From Nemertoderma westbladi (taxonomy: Eukaryota; Animalia; Xenacoelomorpha), in assembly GCA_032718475.1 (NCBI GenBank), contig JAUCBJ010006704.1:4004-68003 (forward strand): a stretch of DNA of 64,000 bases, written 5' to 3'. Below the pieces are notes generated by a model, which searched no databases, had not been told where the DNA came from, and was given only the letters and a program-made list of their open reading frames with translations. Of the stretch, positions 1-13,900 are shown one piece after another. Each line of letters opens with the position of its first letter. Positions within the stretch are counted from its first letter, which is position 1. A program made the position numbers and the translations under genes.

Positions 1-399
1 CATACCTGTATGTTGAGTAGATTTAATATATATTTGTGTTTTTTGTTTATGTTGTTTGTTTGTATTGTTTTGCGGTTTTTGATGGCCCTAGTGGCTGAGT
101 ACTATTTTGGGTGTTAATGTCCTGATTCTATGTTTTTTGTTAGTTTGTGGGGTGTAAGACTCGAGGTTTTTCCTGTTTATTTTATATTAATTTGTTATTA
201 CAATGATAGTACACTGGAGTTAGTAACGTTTTCAGTAAATCAATTGTGCCATGGTATCCATAGGGCTACCGTTAAAAAATAGAAAAAACTGTAAGGAACT
301 TATTTTTACTAAACTTAGAAGAAGCCGCCTTCATTGTTAGTCATTTTGTTAACATTAAGATTACAAAACTCCTGAGAAATTAAGATTCCTTTCAAACCA

Positions 400-1120
400 C
401 AGAAGTTCAATATAATAAGAAATATAACATTAATTCTCTGGATATATCTGTAAGTTATTTTCTTGATTTATGCTCTCTGAGGTGTGCAAAGAGTTTGGAA
501 GAAACCAGCAGTCTCTGATGATGATCGTACTAAGGTGTAGTCCAGCAGTGGTCTGGAAATCATACCAGTTGAATATTTCCTTAAAAGTGGTGAGTTAACT
601 GTGTTTTCTGTGTATCTGTGTAGTCACAGCTGCTGCTGTGCAGCCTAAAGCACTGTTCTGCATGAGCCCTTACAATTGAGGAGACCAGATCCCCGGATGC
701 TTCATATACAAGAGATTGTTGTATAGGGAAGACAATGGTGGATATTCCATGGAGTAACTTTTTCCCAAAATATAGATCTGCTAGACTGTCACGGCCCTTG
801 TATAAATAATACAGAATCAATTAAGAAATAATATACCGAATCATATGAATTTTGAACACAAGATGACATTGGTTTTTATTTCATCTCTAATCATACCATA
901 TATGGTAATAGTTTACAGAGGGGTTGGCACTCCTCAGCTCAATAAATTGAGAGGGAGAATATTATAGGTTGTAAAGTAGAAACTAGTGCCAGTACATGTA
1001 TACAAGGTGATGTTGCCTTGGAGCACTTTGGGGTTTCATTGGATAAGTTATGTATGGCTAATGAAAAGGAAGCACTGGTTACTAGGGCTACTTGTAGATT
1101 ATTGTTTTAACTTATTACTG
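400..1120 (-). mobile_element. Heavily degraded LINE reverse-transcriptase remnant
   Basis: Broken frames give GNITLY..TSFY, KTNVIL and YTLVRS...IKKI..IQR, in the order expected for the 3' half of a non-LTR RT. Confidence 0.4.
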
Positions 1121-1849
1121 ATTATTATTGATTGATTGATTAAATTTACAAGAATAATTTTTAAAGTTTGCAGTTGAGTTAATGGACAATAATGTGGGTG
1201 AAAGTTAACTAGTTGGAGATGAATATTAATGTGAATTCATTGAAAGGAAATTTTGGCTTGACAAAATATTTCCTTCTCTAATCCTATCTAGGTTAATTCT
1301 TGTGGAAACGAGGCCATTTTGTAATACCGAAGCTCTAAAACTCGACTACAATAAAAGTAATATTTATATTTGTATACCTTACACATTGCTCTAGGCTCAC
1401 AGCGTTCAAAGTAAAAAGCCTGACAATAGAAACATACATATATAAAGAATAAAGTAAAGTTATATAAGAATAAAGAATAAAGTTAATGGGTCTATATAAA
1501 TAAGGAAATTTATACTAATAAAATTGTATACTAAATAAAATCATTATAGCGAATATTTTTTTTAAATATTACTCAGATATAAGGTAACTTGATACTCATG
1601 TACCATGTTGCGGAGACAATAGTGCCATGATTGTTTGCAAATTGTTACTACGCAATTACACCGTTTATATAGTTTTTTTATGTTTATATATATATTGTGC
1701 ATTTAATTAATGTGTAATTGTGTTATTTTGTTTTTATAGTTGTTAATAACATACTTTATAACCTTGTGCTATAACAATTTCCTGGCTTCCACATGTACAG
1801 TACAGATGTGGTGGCCCTCAGGTACTTTCCTTCGATGGTTGTTGCACGC

Positions 1850-1952
1850 TCATTGGAGACTGGACTTGACAAAACCACCGAACTTGGAAAGTTTATGGCT
1901 GGCATAGTAAGTTTGGGTGGCATTAATTCTCAAGTTCCCGATAAATTTGATT
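1850..1952 (-). CDS. Crystallin-domain gene probable last coding exon (divergent 12th motif)
   Basis: Follows an 88-bp intron; in-phase translation IKFIGNLRINATQTYYASHKLSKFGGFVKSSLQ-stop; weaker motif match than the other exons. Confidence 0.55.
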
Positions 1953-4900
1953 CTTTAAATAAAATCTATGTTCACATAAGTGAACTGAGATATATTATTT
2001 TTTAAAAATAGGCATATAAATATATATAATTGCGACTAACTCTGCTAGTAACCATGTCCCTGAAGTAATTATGGCAGAAGAGATCCTGTCATGGAATCCG
2101 AAGTCATGGAGATTGGGTTCGCTGTGATCCAAAGTAATAGAACCCCCACAGAAGTTGGGATGCTGAAAGAGTGCTATGTAGGAACCAGTACCATCTAGTG
2201 CGGTCAATGCCCTCACGCTAGGCAAATAGTAATAAAAATAATAATGTTGATGTTAATTACAATACAATAATGGGTTACAATAAACAATGTCTACGAAAAG
2301 TTAGAGAGTTACATGGTTACATTGAGTGTATGATCTTGGATTAAAGTTAAGTTGACTGCAAAGTGACCTATTTGGCAACATGTTGAACCACATTGACTGA
2401 AGTTTAAATCCAGGCGGTTTCAATGTGTGGTATCTGGACATTGGGAACTTGGTGGATACCTATCGCGCGAGTAATAGTGGTGTAAGACCTCACATAACGT
2501 TGAGTCGGTTTTAAGTGTGAGCTCTATATCAACCCACAAAGAGTGATATCTTCTCCCTCAGAGCTTATAGTCCCACTGCTCTCACCAGATGGGGGGGGGG
2601 GGGGTGTCTGGATGCATTAAAAATTCATCCCTCTCCAGGGGAAATTTGATGCAAATAGCTGATTACTCGCAAAAATAAAACTGTAACCTGTTCTATTGTG
2701 TTTAGTTTATTATTTTGGTTAAAATAACGTGCCACTGCAACCTGCTCCTTTCCCTAAATAGAGAATTTAACTTTGAGGTGGGATATCATTTCGCCAAGAT
2801 GGGATTTTCGTCCAGTTCCCATCATGGTCTCACAGTCACATAATCAATCATGAATAAGTTCAAAACCAGACTCATCTGAGATGCAGATCCCAGCACTATC
2901 CCCTCCTTGGAGAAGCTCACAGGAAGCATGCATGAGGGTTGATGCGAAAATATCTTGCCTCTATGACAAACTTGCTCAGTGACCTTCTGATGAAGTATGA
3001 CTCAAAACCTGAGTTCAGTCCCCAGCACAAATGCAGGTATGGTCTCGTGCTTCTAACTTCAGCAGCTATCTGTGTCACTCTCTCTGTGAGGTTTCCACAC
3101 TTCCCCCAAACACCCTCTAATCCTGGCATTCTCCCTTCTCTCCGCTACCACTATGATCGATAGCTCTATGTCGACCGATATTATTCACCTGGTTTTGATG
3201 TAACTACCACTTCATGGACCATTACTAAGGGAAAATATACAGGGAAAATTAATTTACTTTAGATGGATGATATCATTCCCATCAGCTTTCTGGGCCTCAA
3301 ACTAAATTACGCATATTCTAGAATTCCAACGTCACGCCACCTCAGTTCAAGGTCACTGAGACTGCTCACACTGCGGTAGAGACATACAAAAAGGCTCTAA
3401 CAGGAATTGCTTTGCTAATTTCGCAACATTTCTGAAGTTTAGATATTATCAACCAATTAATGATATTCAATGTTTAAAATTACATTTTAAGAAATAAAGC
3501 TTTAATTTTTTTTAATATTTCAATTTTCGAATAAAAGTTCAAACTCCAAATCGTAATCTATCACTTTATAAGATGACAATTATTGTCTCTAATAAAATAC
3601 TCGTTATTGCTGGCTACTTGAAATGCTCGTTCTGTATTTTTATAAAAGTATCAAATATTTATGACGCTTAGATTATGAACTATGAAGTAAATAGTTATAT
3701 ATTAAATTAATATATCTTCATATTGTATATTTTAGACTTGCAGCTACTAACCTTGAAATAGTATTATCCCGAGGACCACTTGTACCCCAGCTTATAGGCT
3801 CAGGGTAATCACCTGGTCCAATTACCGAAGGCCTTCCGCAAAAGTTATCCTCATAGATGATCCACCTTAATAAAAATAAATATGACATGACGAAATAAAT
3901 TTAGTGAATGTCTAATGATGTTATACTGTATGTAAATGTTATATGTTATATGAGATACGAAGTAGAATTATGTCTAAACCTTTGTCAGCTACAAAGTTTG
4001 TAACCTACCCTTAGTCAGTTTAACATTGCTTTAGTTCCGCATCCAATATATTCATTCATGTCTGATACCTTTTGTGCCGGATTACTTACGTATTTATTTT
4101 ACTCGATTGAGAGTTATGTCCCATAATTTGAAAATTGAGACTGGAAGGTGGTTAAGGCTGTCGAGAGAGAACCGTGTGTGTCGCTGTGATAACCAATCGG
4201 TGCAGACAGAGACACACGTTCTTAACTTCATTGTCCCAATTCCAAACCGTTTCGTGTTACCCCCTATTTTCACACTAATCTTATTTTTTTCATCATTACC
4301 GGAATTTTTTCAGAGTAAGGAATTATGTATGTAATGTGTAAGTATATAGAGCGTGTTTTAGATAGTATGGATTAATTAAATTAGGTAAGAATATATTAGT
4401 TTGGATTATATTAATTAGGATTAAATTGTTTGTATTTGAAGTCATAATAACTGGACGATATTTTTTATTGCCGTAATTGTTTATTTGTAAATGGTTGTTT
4501 TGGTCTGTGTACGCGCTTTTGAAGACCTTTAGCAGTTTAACCTGCCAAAATTTATATGTCTTTTGATTCATAAATATACTTTAGAAGATGACAAATATTT
4601 AATACCAATAAACACAACATTAGCAGAAGCCAGCCTAGTGCGCGTCCATTCACCCGCTGGATAATCCCGGGAGACTGGATTCTGTCGGCTTAGATTATTA
4701 TTGCAGTGAAGCTTACGGTATTGTATTATTCGATTGATCGTTAATAATTAATTTCTGACTAATATTATTCACTTTCGGGAAATATTAACCGTTCCTTTAG
4801 GACGTGGCGCTCTATCTAAGTAAACAGAGCTATGACTTATACTAATCACAACGGTAAGTCGGTAAGGCTTATGATTCACGTATGAGGCGCATTCTTTAGG

Positions 4901-7900
4901 AAATGCCTAGTTATCAGCCACAATCATGCACACTATCAGTAACACACAATACTGCTCACTAATTTGCCGACCGTCAATGAATTTTATCATATATAAAGAG
5001 AATAGCAACGGACCAATGTAGTGCTTATCAAATAGCATTGAATTCAATACACACCACAATAATATAAGTCGCAATCGCTATAAATATAACCCGCCTCTCT
5101 AACCTGTAGTGTATCAAGAAAATTGGGAAATTTGGGTTCTTTATAAATGTTCTCCAGATAATATTCAATCAACTGATATAAAATATGACAACAGTAAAAA
5201 CATTAAGACGGTAGGTTAAGATATGATATATTGGAAGAGACGGTAACAATACCTGCAATATCCTACTGTAAAGTTTGTAAATCAAATCATAAATCCGACC
5301 TTCTCACCAAAACAGTAAACTCTAAGCAAGCGAATATATTGCAGTATCGATCTCTTATAACCGGTGAGGCAGAAAACAGTCTACGAGCAGACAAACTTCG
5401 ATAAAACAAATCCCGCGCAGCGAATCCTAAAATCAGGCTGACTCACTGACGGACTAAGGGGCTCGTATACTTTGCCGCGGTGTGATTTATATGGTTGGGC
5501 GAAGAGACGCTAGCTAGGTACAGGCAGAGATTTGGAGATGTCTAACTAGCGGGCAAAGCACAGTACGGACAAAGTTAATTTTATATATTTTGAGGTGTAA
5601 ATAATTTCTAACGCGCGTGTGTTAATTCTGAACGGTCAAAACAGTTTTGCTCCTTCACATATATAATTACTGGGTACGGTGTGCATTTTACGAATATTCT
5701 AATTTTATAACTTGTAGGTCCAATACTCACGAATGATAAGGTTCCTTCCCCTCTTGCGTATTTCCAGGACTCAAATTCAGGCATAAGGTTAATACTACGC
5801 CCAGAATTCGGCAATTTTAGGTACCAGGTCCCTGATACTAAGAAGAGATGTGTTAGTTTACTACTGTAGGCGTACGGGTACTAATAGCTATCCTGGCTCC
5901 TATCTAGAATTTTAGTCACCCAGGTAGTCCGGGTAACTTCCTATTAGGGCGTTGGCGGGGACACGGTAGATGTTAGTATATCCCTAATAGCCTCAATTTA
6001 TTTGCGCCTAGTACGTAAACTGCCCTACCGCCCGAACGGTACAATCCCAATTCAGGTGAAAACACAGCAACCCCCTAACCTACAAGTTCTAATGCAATGG
6101 ACACTGTCGTACTGCAAATAGTCGCACACACACCTGTACTTAGCAAGAGTTAAGCGTACAGTTTGCTGCACCCTAACCAATGTGTATGCCTTGTACCGGT
6201 GTGCCTACGTCCTATCTGCGTACTAGTATCTGCCTGCGCTCTCTCTCCCCCCCGTAGGAATGTGAAGGTCTACTGTGGGTTTTCCTGAATCAAGACAGTA
6301 CAGTCCCTATGATGTAATTTTGGGCTTACAGCGTGTCACTACGTCTACCTTTTGATCTTTTGGTCTTATACTTAGGTAGCAAGGATCGAACGCTGTCTAA
6401 CCTTTCAGGCGATGGGCGAATAACTCTAAATGGTATTGCGGGTTGTCTCTCGTCTACATTCCCGTGATGTTCCCGTTCATTGCTGCGGCCCGATCTCTAG
6501 CCGGCCATCCTGTCCCTGAGTTTGTTCACCGTAGTGAATCCATAGTAAAACAGATAGAAAAGCTGAGAGAATATTCTGACTTTATTACAGAAGATTATAA
6601 TAATATGTACAATGTAATCTGAAATAAACTAAGCACAACAGAATATTGATAAGATAATCTGTGAAGTAGAAGTGAAATTGAGAGATTGATAACTAATGAA
6701 CAAATCGCACCTTTATATAGCAAATTTGTGCCGCAATCAATCGAGAAAATTCTCGATTGTTCTATAGATTCTAACAAGGTTTTAAAGATAGCTATTGGTC
6801 CAGCTAATATATAACTTGCACGACATTGGTTACAATCAAATAACTACAGCCTCATTGGTACAGACAAATGCAATTAATTTGTAGCGGTTAATTTAAACGA
6901 GTTGAAATTCTGTACAAAAAATAATTCGCACTTACTAGGATTCGAACTCGATACCTACTACACATATAATTTCCAACGCTCTACCAACTGAGCTACTGAA
7001 CCACTTGACCGATAGATGTACAAATGATAGAACCAATACGAATGAGAACTCAAAGCAATCTTTACAAAGTTAATTCGAATAAAATAAAAATTTTGAAAAT
7101 CCACGGCATTTAGGGAATATAATTCTATATGATATGAAACAACAGTGATATGCACTGATGTGGACCGATAACAGTTATACGCTCTATAATCTTAAGCCTA
7201 CTAATGTTTCTTCTAAAGTATGAAACGAATTAACTCTAGAGCCGGTGTTTCTGGCTTAGACAGCAATAACAACAAAGTATCAAGTAAAAACAGTAAGACT
7301 GAACACTCTCCTTATGATCGGCCGAAAAGCTACACGTCGACAGGAAAAATCGCTCTGATTGGCTCAAGCCAAACAAAGAACCATGCGTCCAATGGCTGTT
7401 TCCATGTCAGCAACCAGCTGTTAGATGTCGTAATATGAATCATCACGGCTAAGCTGTGAAAGGTATTTGGTGCATTGTAGGTTTTTTGCCTTACCATGTC
7501 CGCCAAAACACGTATATAGCAGAATGACTTTTATGTCCGTTAAAACACCTATAACGGTACCTTGCGGGCGAGGGGAATATATATACAATTAGAGAACCTT
7601 TTTAGAGTATTCCAGCGCCTGGGGGGAAACTGGATTGCGAAGCAAAGGGGCCAGTTATATCCCACAGAAGCTTTTACACCGCTCCCAGAAAATGGGATTT
7701 GTGTCTATGAAATATACAAAATCACAGTTTCTAATATACGTAAATACTCTAAACAGTTAGTCTTTTTTGCGCGGACGGCGTTTACGCAGTTTTTTAAAGC
7801 TAGCCAGAGTCCTTTTCTCTTTGGGGCGAGCCACTTTACAAGGAGGGCTATAACTCCTGGGTGAAGGGTGCAATATGATTGCATCAGAGGGTATAGGATT

Positions 7901-10900
7901 ATGGTCGGTGTATCCGCCAGTCGAAGTACCGGGTTGATTGACATCAACGTCGGGGGAGAGGGGTCTAACGGCTTTGAGAGCGCGTTTTAAGACAGCTGCT
8001 CTTACGGGTCCTTTACGAGTGGTCTGAACGAGAGCCGTGGGTGGACCATAGGCAGTCAGAAACCTCCGGGGTTTAATGGTTCTTTCCAACTCGCGTTCGC
8101 GGGCTCGGTATTCATAAGGCCGTCGATATACTTCCTGTAACTCGGGGTGTGAGTTAACAAATAAGTCTCCATAGTCCGGGTCCTGGCGGATATAATTGAT
8201 TAAGCTATAGGAATGAAGGTCGCAAGGATTAACACTCCTGAGAAATTTGCGTACGAACTTGGTTGAAATACATTCTCCGACGCGCTTCAGTAGTTCGTAA
8301 CTCGATATGCGTGATTTCTGTTCGACAGAAGCGAATAGATAAGTATGGAACGCATAAACTCCTTCGTAAGCGCGTCCAGGATAATAACGATGGCGCGAAT
8401 CACAATGTAAATCAGCGTTCGCTTCCCAAGCTCTGATCTAACGTAGTGTGATCATTTCATCTAAGCTAATTCATCCAAATCGTGATTAAAAGGGCAATCG
8501 AAACTGGCGTGTCCCTTTAGTTGACAGTGGTGACATTGAGTCATAAATTGAGGGCAAACCGCAAAGATATGCAAGTTATTGAGTCTGCAATATGCGCAAT
8601 AAATTTCCATAGTCGGTTGTTCTTGGAAACAAGCTGGCAAGCCTGGAGGGTTCACGGTCCTCCTACTTAATCAGTACAATAATAATACGTTTTCGTTCGG
8701 GTAGGCCTATGTTTCCTTTTCACTTGTTCCCATCGTAGGCGACCTCATGCTCATCCCACCACGACCACGACCACCAGTTACGAGTTGGGTAGGCGTCTAC
8801 CGGCAACCGGTAAGTAATTACGCGCCACACGACGTCATCCCGCCATCCGCCAACATTTATACCGGTTCGGTAAGCCTACCACCTACCGGCTGGCTACCAT
8901 CGCACCGTAGGTCTACCGCCTACGCCTACCGGTCAACCGGTAACGGCAGGCTACCGCGTACCGGTACAGCGGTACTCAAAGTCGTACCAGTCTGCCAGTA
9001 TTGTCGTAATTGACAAATGCAGGATTAAACCGTAACCCGTTCCGGTACCGGTACCATATGCATCTGAACGACTGGACGGTTAATCTCATAGCATAGCTGC
9101 ATAGGCCTACCGGTAGTCAGTGCGAAGTCGCCTGCGAACATGGCGAAATATTATATTTACTGCTAGGGCTAGGCTAGGACCTACCAGCCTACTGCTGTAC
9201 TGACCTATGACAGTATGAAGATAGGCAGATAGGCCTACAGTGGTCAGGTAGTACCGGTCCGGTATGCCTACTACAGGCAGACAATCAGACAGTACTAGCA
9301 GTGCTAATTAATTACCTTAATTAAATCTTCAATTAGGTCATAATGTAGGTCCAAATTTAAAAATCGGCCTCCGTTAATCGATTTAGAAATAATTCAGGTA
9401 CCTCCATGCCAAATATCAGAATCATTCATTGCGTTCCCTATGACAAGATAGCTTTTTCCTAAACCATGCGAAAACACGCAAATATAGCGCTCACATCGCA
9501 CAAATACCATCTCGACACCCAATTTTTTGTATGAGCCTTCGCCATCCCTATATCTAACTTTTGTCCAAATTTTGTTTCGATTGATTAATAAATAACTGAG
9601 ATATCGCTCTGGACACACACACACACACACACACTAACACACACACACACACACACACACACATTACGGTAATAATGGTCACTTATGTCAAAGACCGTGA
9701 ACCAATAGGAACAGCGGACGTTGGTGTCCATGGGCGTATCGTGGTCTCTCGATGCGCATAACCGACAACGTTGCCTAGAAACATAGTTGGCATGTCGATA
9801 ATCGTACGCAGTGAGACACTGTGGACCTTGATACCATTCTATGATGTAGTCGTTGTCGCTGTTCCGGGCGCGATAGGCTGAATCTCCTCAGATTCTAGGC
9901 ATATTGGTTCGTCTTCCCAGTCTGTTACGAATAGAATTTTCGTGATATATTTTCGGTTTATCGTTACGACTCCGCTGGGTATGATATTTAAATAGAACCA
10001 TTTCCCTTTCGGTGTCTACATCGTCCGTATCATGTAAATCGATAGGATGGCAGGTAGTTAGGAAGTCCATATACGTACCATTACGATGCGTATAGCGAGC
10101 GGTGAATTTTCGATAGTCCAATTCACGCGTAAGTTGCTCTTGGGACATCGGCGGTTCAATATAACGACCATCGTCCTCCGTAATGGTTGGATCGGCTTCA
10201 CCGCGTATCAAGCTATCCACAAATGCTTGTAAAGGTAGAGTATATCGCTCCCTGATACCAAGATCATCTTATATCAACTCCGTCATATCTGCTATCTGAG
10301 TTTATTAATATTGTAATGAGTTTATGTTTAGGCGAGCGGGCGTCGCTGCCTACCTCTCTTCGCCCCGGACAGTGGGATTCTCAGCGCCGATGTACCGTCG
10401 TCGCGGTGTTTACGCCAACATGTAGCAACAGCAAGACAACGATAACCGGCACAAGTCACTCCACTGTCCGTCCCAAAGGCTTGAATCCACTTTAGGTTCT
10501 TTCTATAGGAGAGTTGGGCTACTTTCACAATTGCGACTAGCTACTGTAAACACACCTTAGCAGTAACATTCACTTACAAACGCACAAATTCCACACAACT
10601 GTCACCAATTGTACACATACAGGCCATTTGTCCGTTAGTCAGTGCCTTCCAGAATGTCACGTTATTACTGTGTATCCTTGGATACTAACAGTGTGTTATG
10701 TATTCTCTATGCTATGCAATGGGACAAGCTTTCTATTGTTCTTTTAACTTGCTTCTAATTCTAGCGTGGGTGTTACTATGGTGACATTATGGAATGCTAG
10801 CGGTAGAATTAGGGTAATTCTCATGCATACAGATCTGGGATGCTATTTAATAATAATTCTTTAATTGTCAATATCCTCTTTATGCATGATTTTATTAATT

Positions 10901-13900
10901 TTATCGGCTATTGACTATATGTTGGAGATTCTCGCACTCTAATACTCTCAATAGGATGAATCTCCGCTCCCATGATCTATTAATTAATGGAATTTTGGGA
11001 ATGTTATAAATTGTACAAAATGACAATTTATGAAATTCATTTAAAAATATGAATTTAAATTTATTCCCGTGAATTTTATTATTTGATGTTAAAATTGACA
11101 CAATTTTTATTCCAGAGCATGTCTGGGGACTGAGGATCTTTAATTCTATAAAATTGTCTTTTAAGAGTATCGGTAAGTGCTGCGATATCTTAATTGACTA
11201 GAAATTTTAAAGTATCCGAATTTTACAGATTTTAATAGATATTAATTAATATTTAAGATGGGCACCGATTTATTCCAGAACTTGTCTGGGGACGTTAACC
11301 ATTGATTCTAGAATTTGTCTTTCAAGTATATCGGTGGGTGCCGCGATATCTTAATCGACTAGAATTACAGATGGTCAAAAGTTTAACAGATTTATTTGCG
11401 TTTTACGCTACTGTTAGAGGGACATCACGCTACTATATGTATTATTTAATATAAGGTAGAAGAGCAATATCGCACGAAGCAATGTCAGTGTGAAGAGGCA
11501 AGTCGTTTCCAAGGTCTACCCAGAGCTTGGTTTAGCCGAGACACGAGGATCTGAACTTTGCATTCCTAATACTCTGTATTAGATCCAATAATAGAAAATA
11601 CTAATATCAGTTCACAAAATAATAATAATGATTTTATAATTTGTTAATATATATATATATATAAACTTGTCAGTCTACTGACTTACAATCATTGAAAGCA
11701 TACTACTAAGCTTCAGTAATTAACTTATTCAGTACTGCAGTAGGTGTTAAGCACCAAATCTTAAAAACTAAAAAAAACATTCTCTTTACCGGTATCAAAC
11801 TGTCCATACACTAATGTGTATCTCTTACACTACCCCCCCACCAGTAGCGGAGCGTCTTGTAGGTTATATGACTTGATTTTAGGACGAAGGTTAAACTTAA
11901 CAGTTTTCTTTTTTCGTTTCTTATAATCGTTTAGTGCTAAATCAAATGCCTTTTTGTATCCCCGAGTTGTTCGGTTATCAATATTTTGTTCAATTGGATT
12001 GAAGAGTTTTATGTTGTTCTCTGGAACAAATTCAATGCGATTAGACCCGTAATAGTGGACAGGAATCTTAGGTATAGATGAGCATTGTTTGTTTTGTAAA
12101 GATGGTATTACTAATCCAGGCCACGTTGGATATCCATCTTCTTTAGCCATTACAACAAGTCCTGGTTTGAACGTATTTTCGCCATATTTTCTTGTTGTCA
12201 TTACAGGTTCTTTGTTGTTTTTCATAGGTTTGATTTGTAAATGTGAGTTATTTGTAGTTGATTTCTCATCATTGTTTGATTTCTCATCATTGTTTGATTT
12301 CTCATCATTGTTTTGGATGAAAGCTGGTTTGGTTCGGTCTATCGAAATCTTTTGAGTCCTTCCTTTAATTTCAACTGTTACAGTTTTTTCATCGCGTTCT
12401 AGAACAACATATGGACCAGTATATCGATCACTGAGTGAAGATTTGACGCGTTCATTTCTAATCCAAATGTTATTTGCAGTTTCAAGTGATTTTGGGATAT
12501 ATGTTTTTTTATTGAATTGTCTCTCTGGGGCTCTATAGGAATCAATAGTTTTAAATAAATTATTCATATAGTCAGGAAGACTCTTTTGTTCATTTGTTTC
12601 GGTTGGCGCAAAAAATTGCTGGGGTAGATCGATTGTACCACCATATACCATTTGTGTTGCAGTATATCCATCAGGAGCAATACTATTGCGTAATCCAAGT
12701 AATACCATCGGTAATGTATCAACCCAGGAAGATGTGGTTGCATGACATCGTAGTGAATTTTTCAGAGTTCGATGAAATCTCTCTACAGCGCCATTGCATT
12801 GGGGATGATAGGTTGTAGTTCTTTTTCTATTAATTCCAAGTGAATGCATTAATTCACTCCAAACAGCAGATTCGAATTGACTTCCCCTATCAGTTATTAG
12901 TTCTCTTGGAACGCCGAATCTTGATATCCAATTAGTAATCATGGCTTTTGCAACTGATTCCGTGCTTATGTTATTTACTGGAATAACTTCAAACCATCTT
13001 GTGAAACGATCAAGTATTGTAACCATATATTCGTATCCTCTAGATTGTGGAACTTTACCAACTATGTCTATATGTACTGTTTGGAATCTACCTGTAGTTG
13101 GAATACCACCAATAGATGATTTTGTATGAAGTGTTATTTTGCATTTTTGACAGCGCTGGCATTCACGGCACCAACGTCTAATATCTTTCCGCATTCCTGG
13201 CCAAATATATTTGCCTGAAACCATGTTTAATGTTGGTTTAGTACTTGTGTGAGCCAATTCATGCAACTGTTTAAATAGTTGAAATCGCATAATAGTAGGA
13301 ACATATGGACGGAGATAATCCTTTGAGGCATCACAGACCAAAATCGAGTTTCAAATTTTCACTCGTTTTAGTGGTAGAGTTGTTTTCTGAAAAAATTGTG
13401 ACAGTGTGGAGTCATTATGTTGTTCTTTAGCTAGTTTTTCATCAAATTCAACAGATATGTTACTGCAATCGCGAGATAATGTATCAGCTACTATATTGGC
13501 GGTGCCTGATACATGAGATATGTGGCAATTGAATTCGGAAATATAAGATAGCCACCTAGTTTGTTGCGGAGATGGATTTTTCATTGTTAGTGCATTAATT
13601 AGTGGTTTGTGGTCAGTTTTAATGTCAAACTCAACAGAAATGAGCCATGAAAAATGTCGTAATGCAAGATAAATTGCAAGTAGTTCTCTGTCAAAGGTAG
13701 ACTTCCTAGATTCAAGTTCAGTTAGTTTCGCAGAAAAAAAAATGCAAGTGGTTGTCTTTCACCATTTTTCAATTGGTTCAACACTACACCAACAGCAACA
13801 CCAGAGGCATCAGTTGTTAGTTCTAATTTTGCAGTTGAATCAGGAAATGCCAGTGTAACTGAGTTTTTTAACATTTCTTTCAAATCAAAGAAGGCTTTCT

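Larger units (their letters stand above)
4508..7678 (-). repeat. 3' LTR of the BEL element (with extra segment 5230-7126)
   Basis: Near-identical to 23607-24871; five substitutions spotted by eye outside the extra segment. Confidence 0.92.

Noticed and set aside
1760-1852. Selenocysteine or readthrough extension of the crystallin gene at TGA 1850-1852
   Set aside because: The downstream frame closes after about 26 codons, shows no crystallin motif, and no SECIS is recognisable.
6926-7002. Functional tRNA gene
   Set aside because: A and B boxes are present but the acceptor and anticodon stems do not pair.
7220-7438. Identical 72-aa ORF duplicated at 24413-24631
   Set aside because: Identity simply reflects the two LTRs; it is antisense to the element with no recognisable motif.
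7679-11570. Envelope gene in the BEL element
   Set aside because: No long ORF with a signal peptide or transmembrane segment.
11572-11576. Canonical TG..CA Gypsy LTR starting at 11575
   Set aside because: That reading leaves only a 3-bp TSD and mismatches the inner LTR end; TG..TA LTRs give identical 253-bp repeats and a 5-bp TSD.
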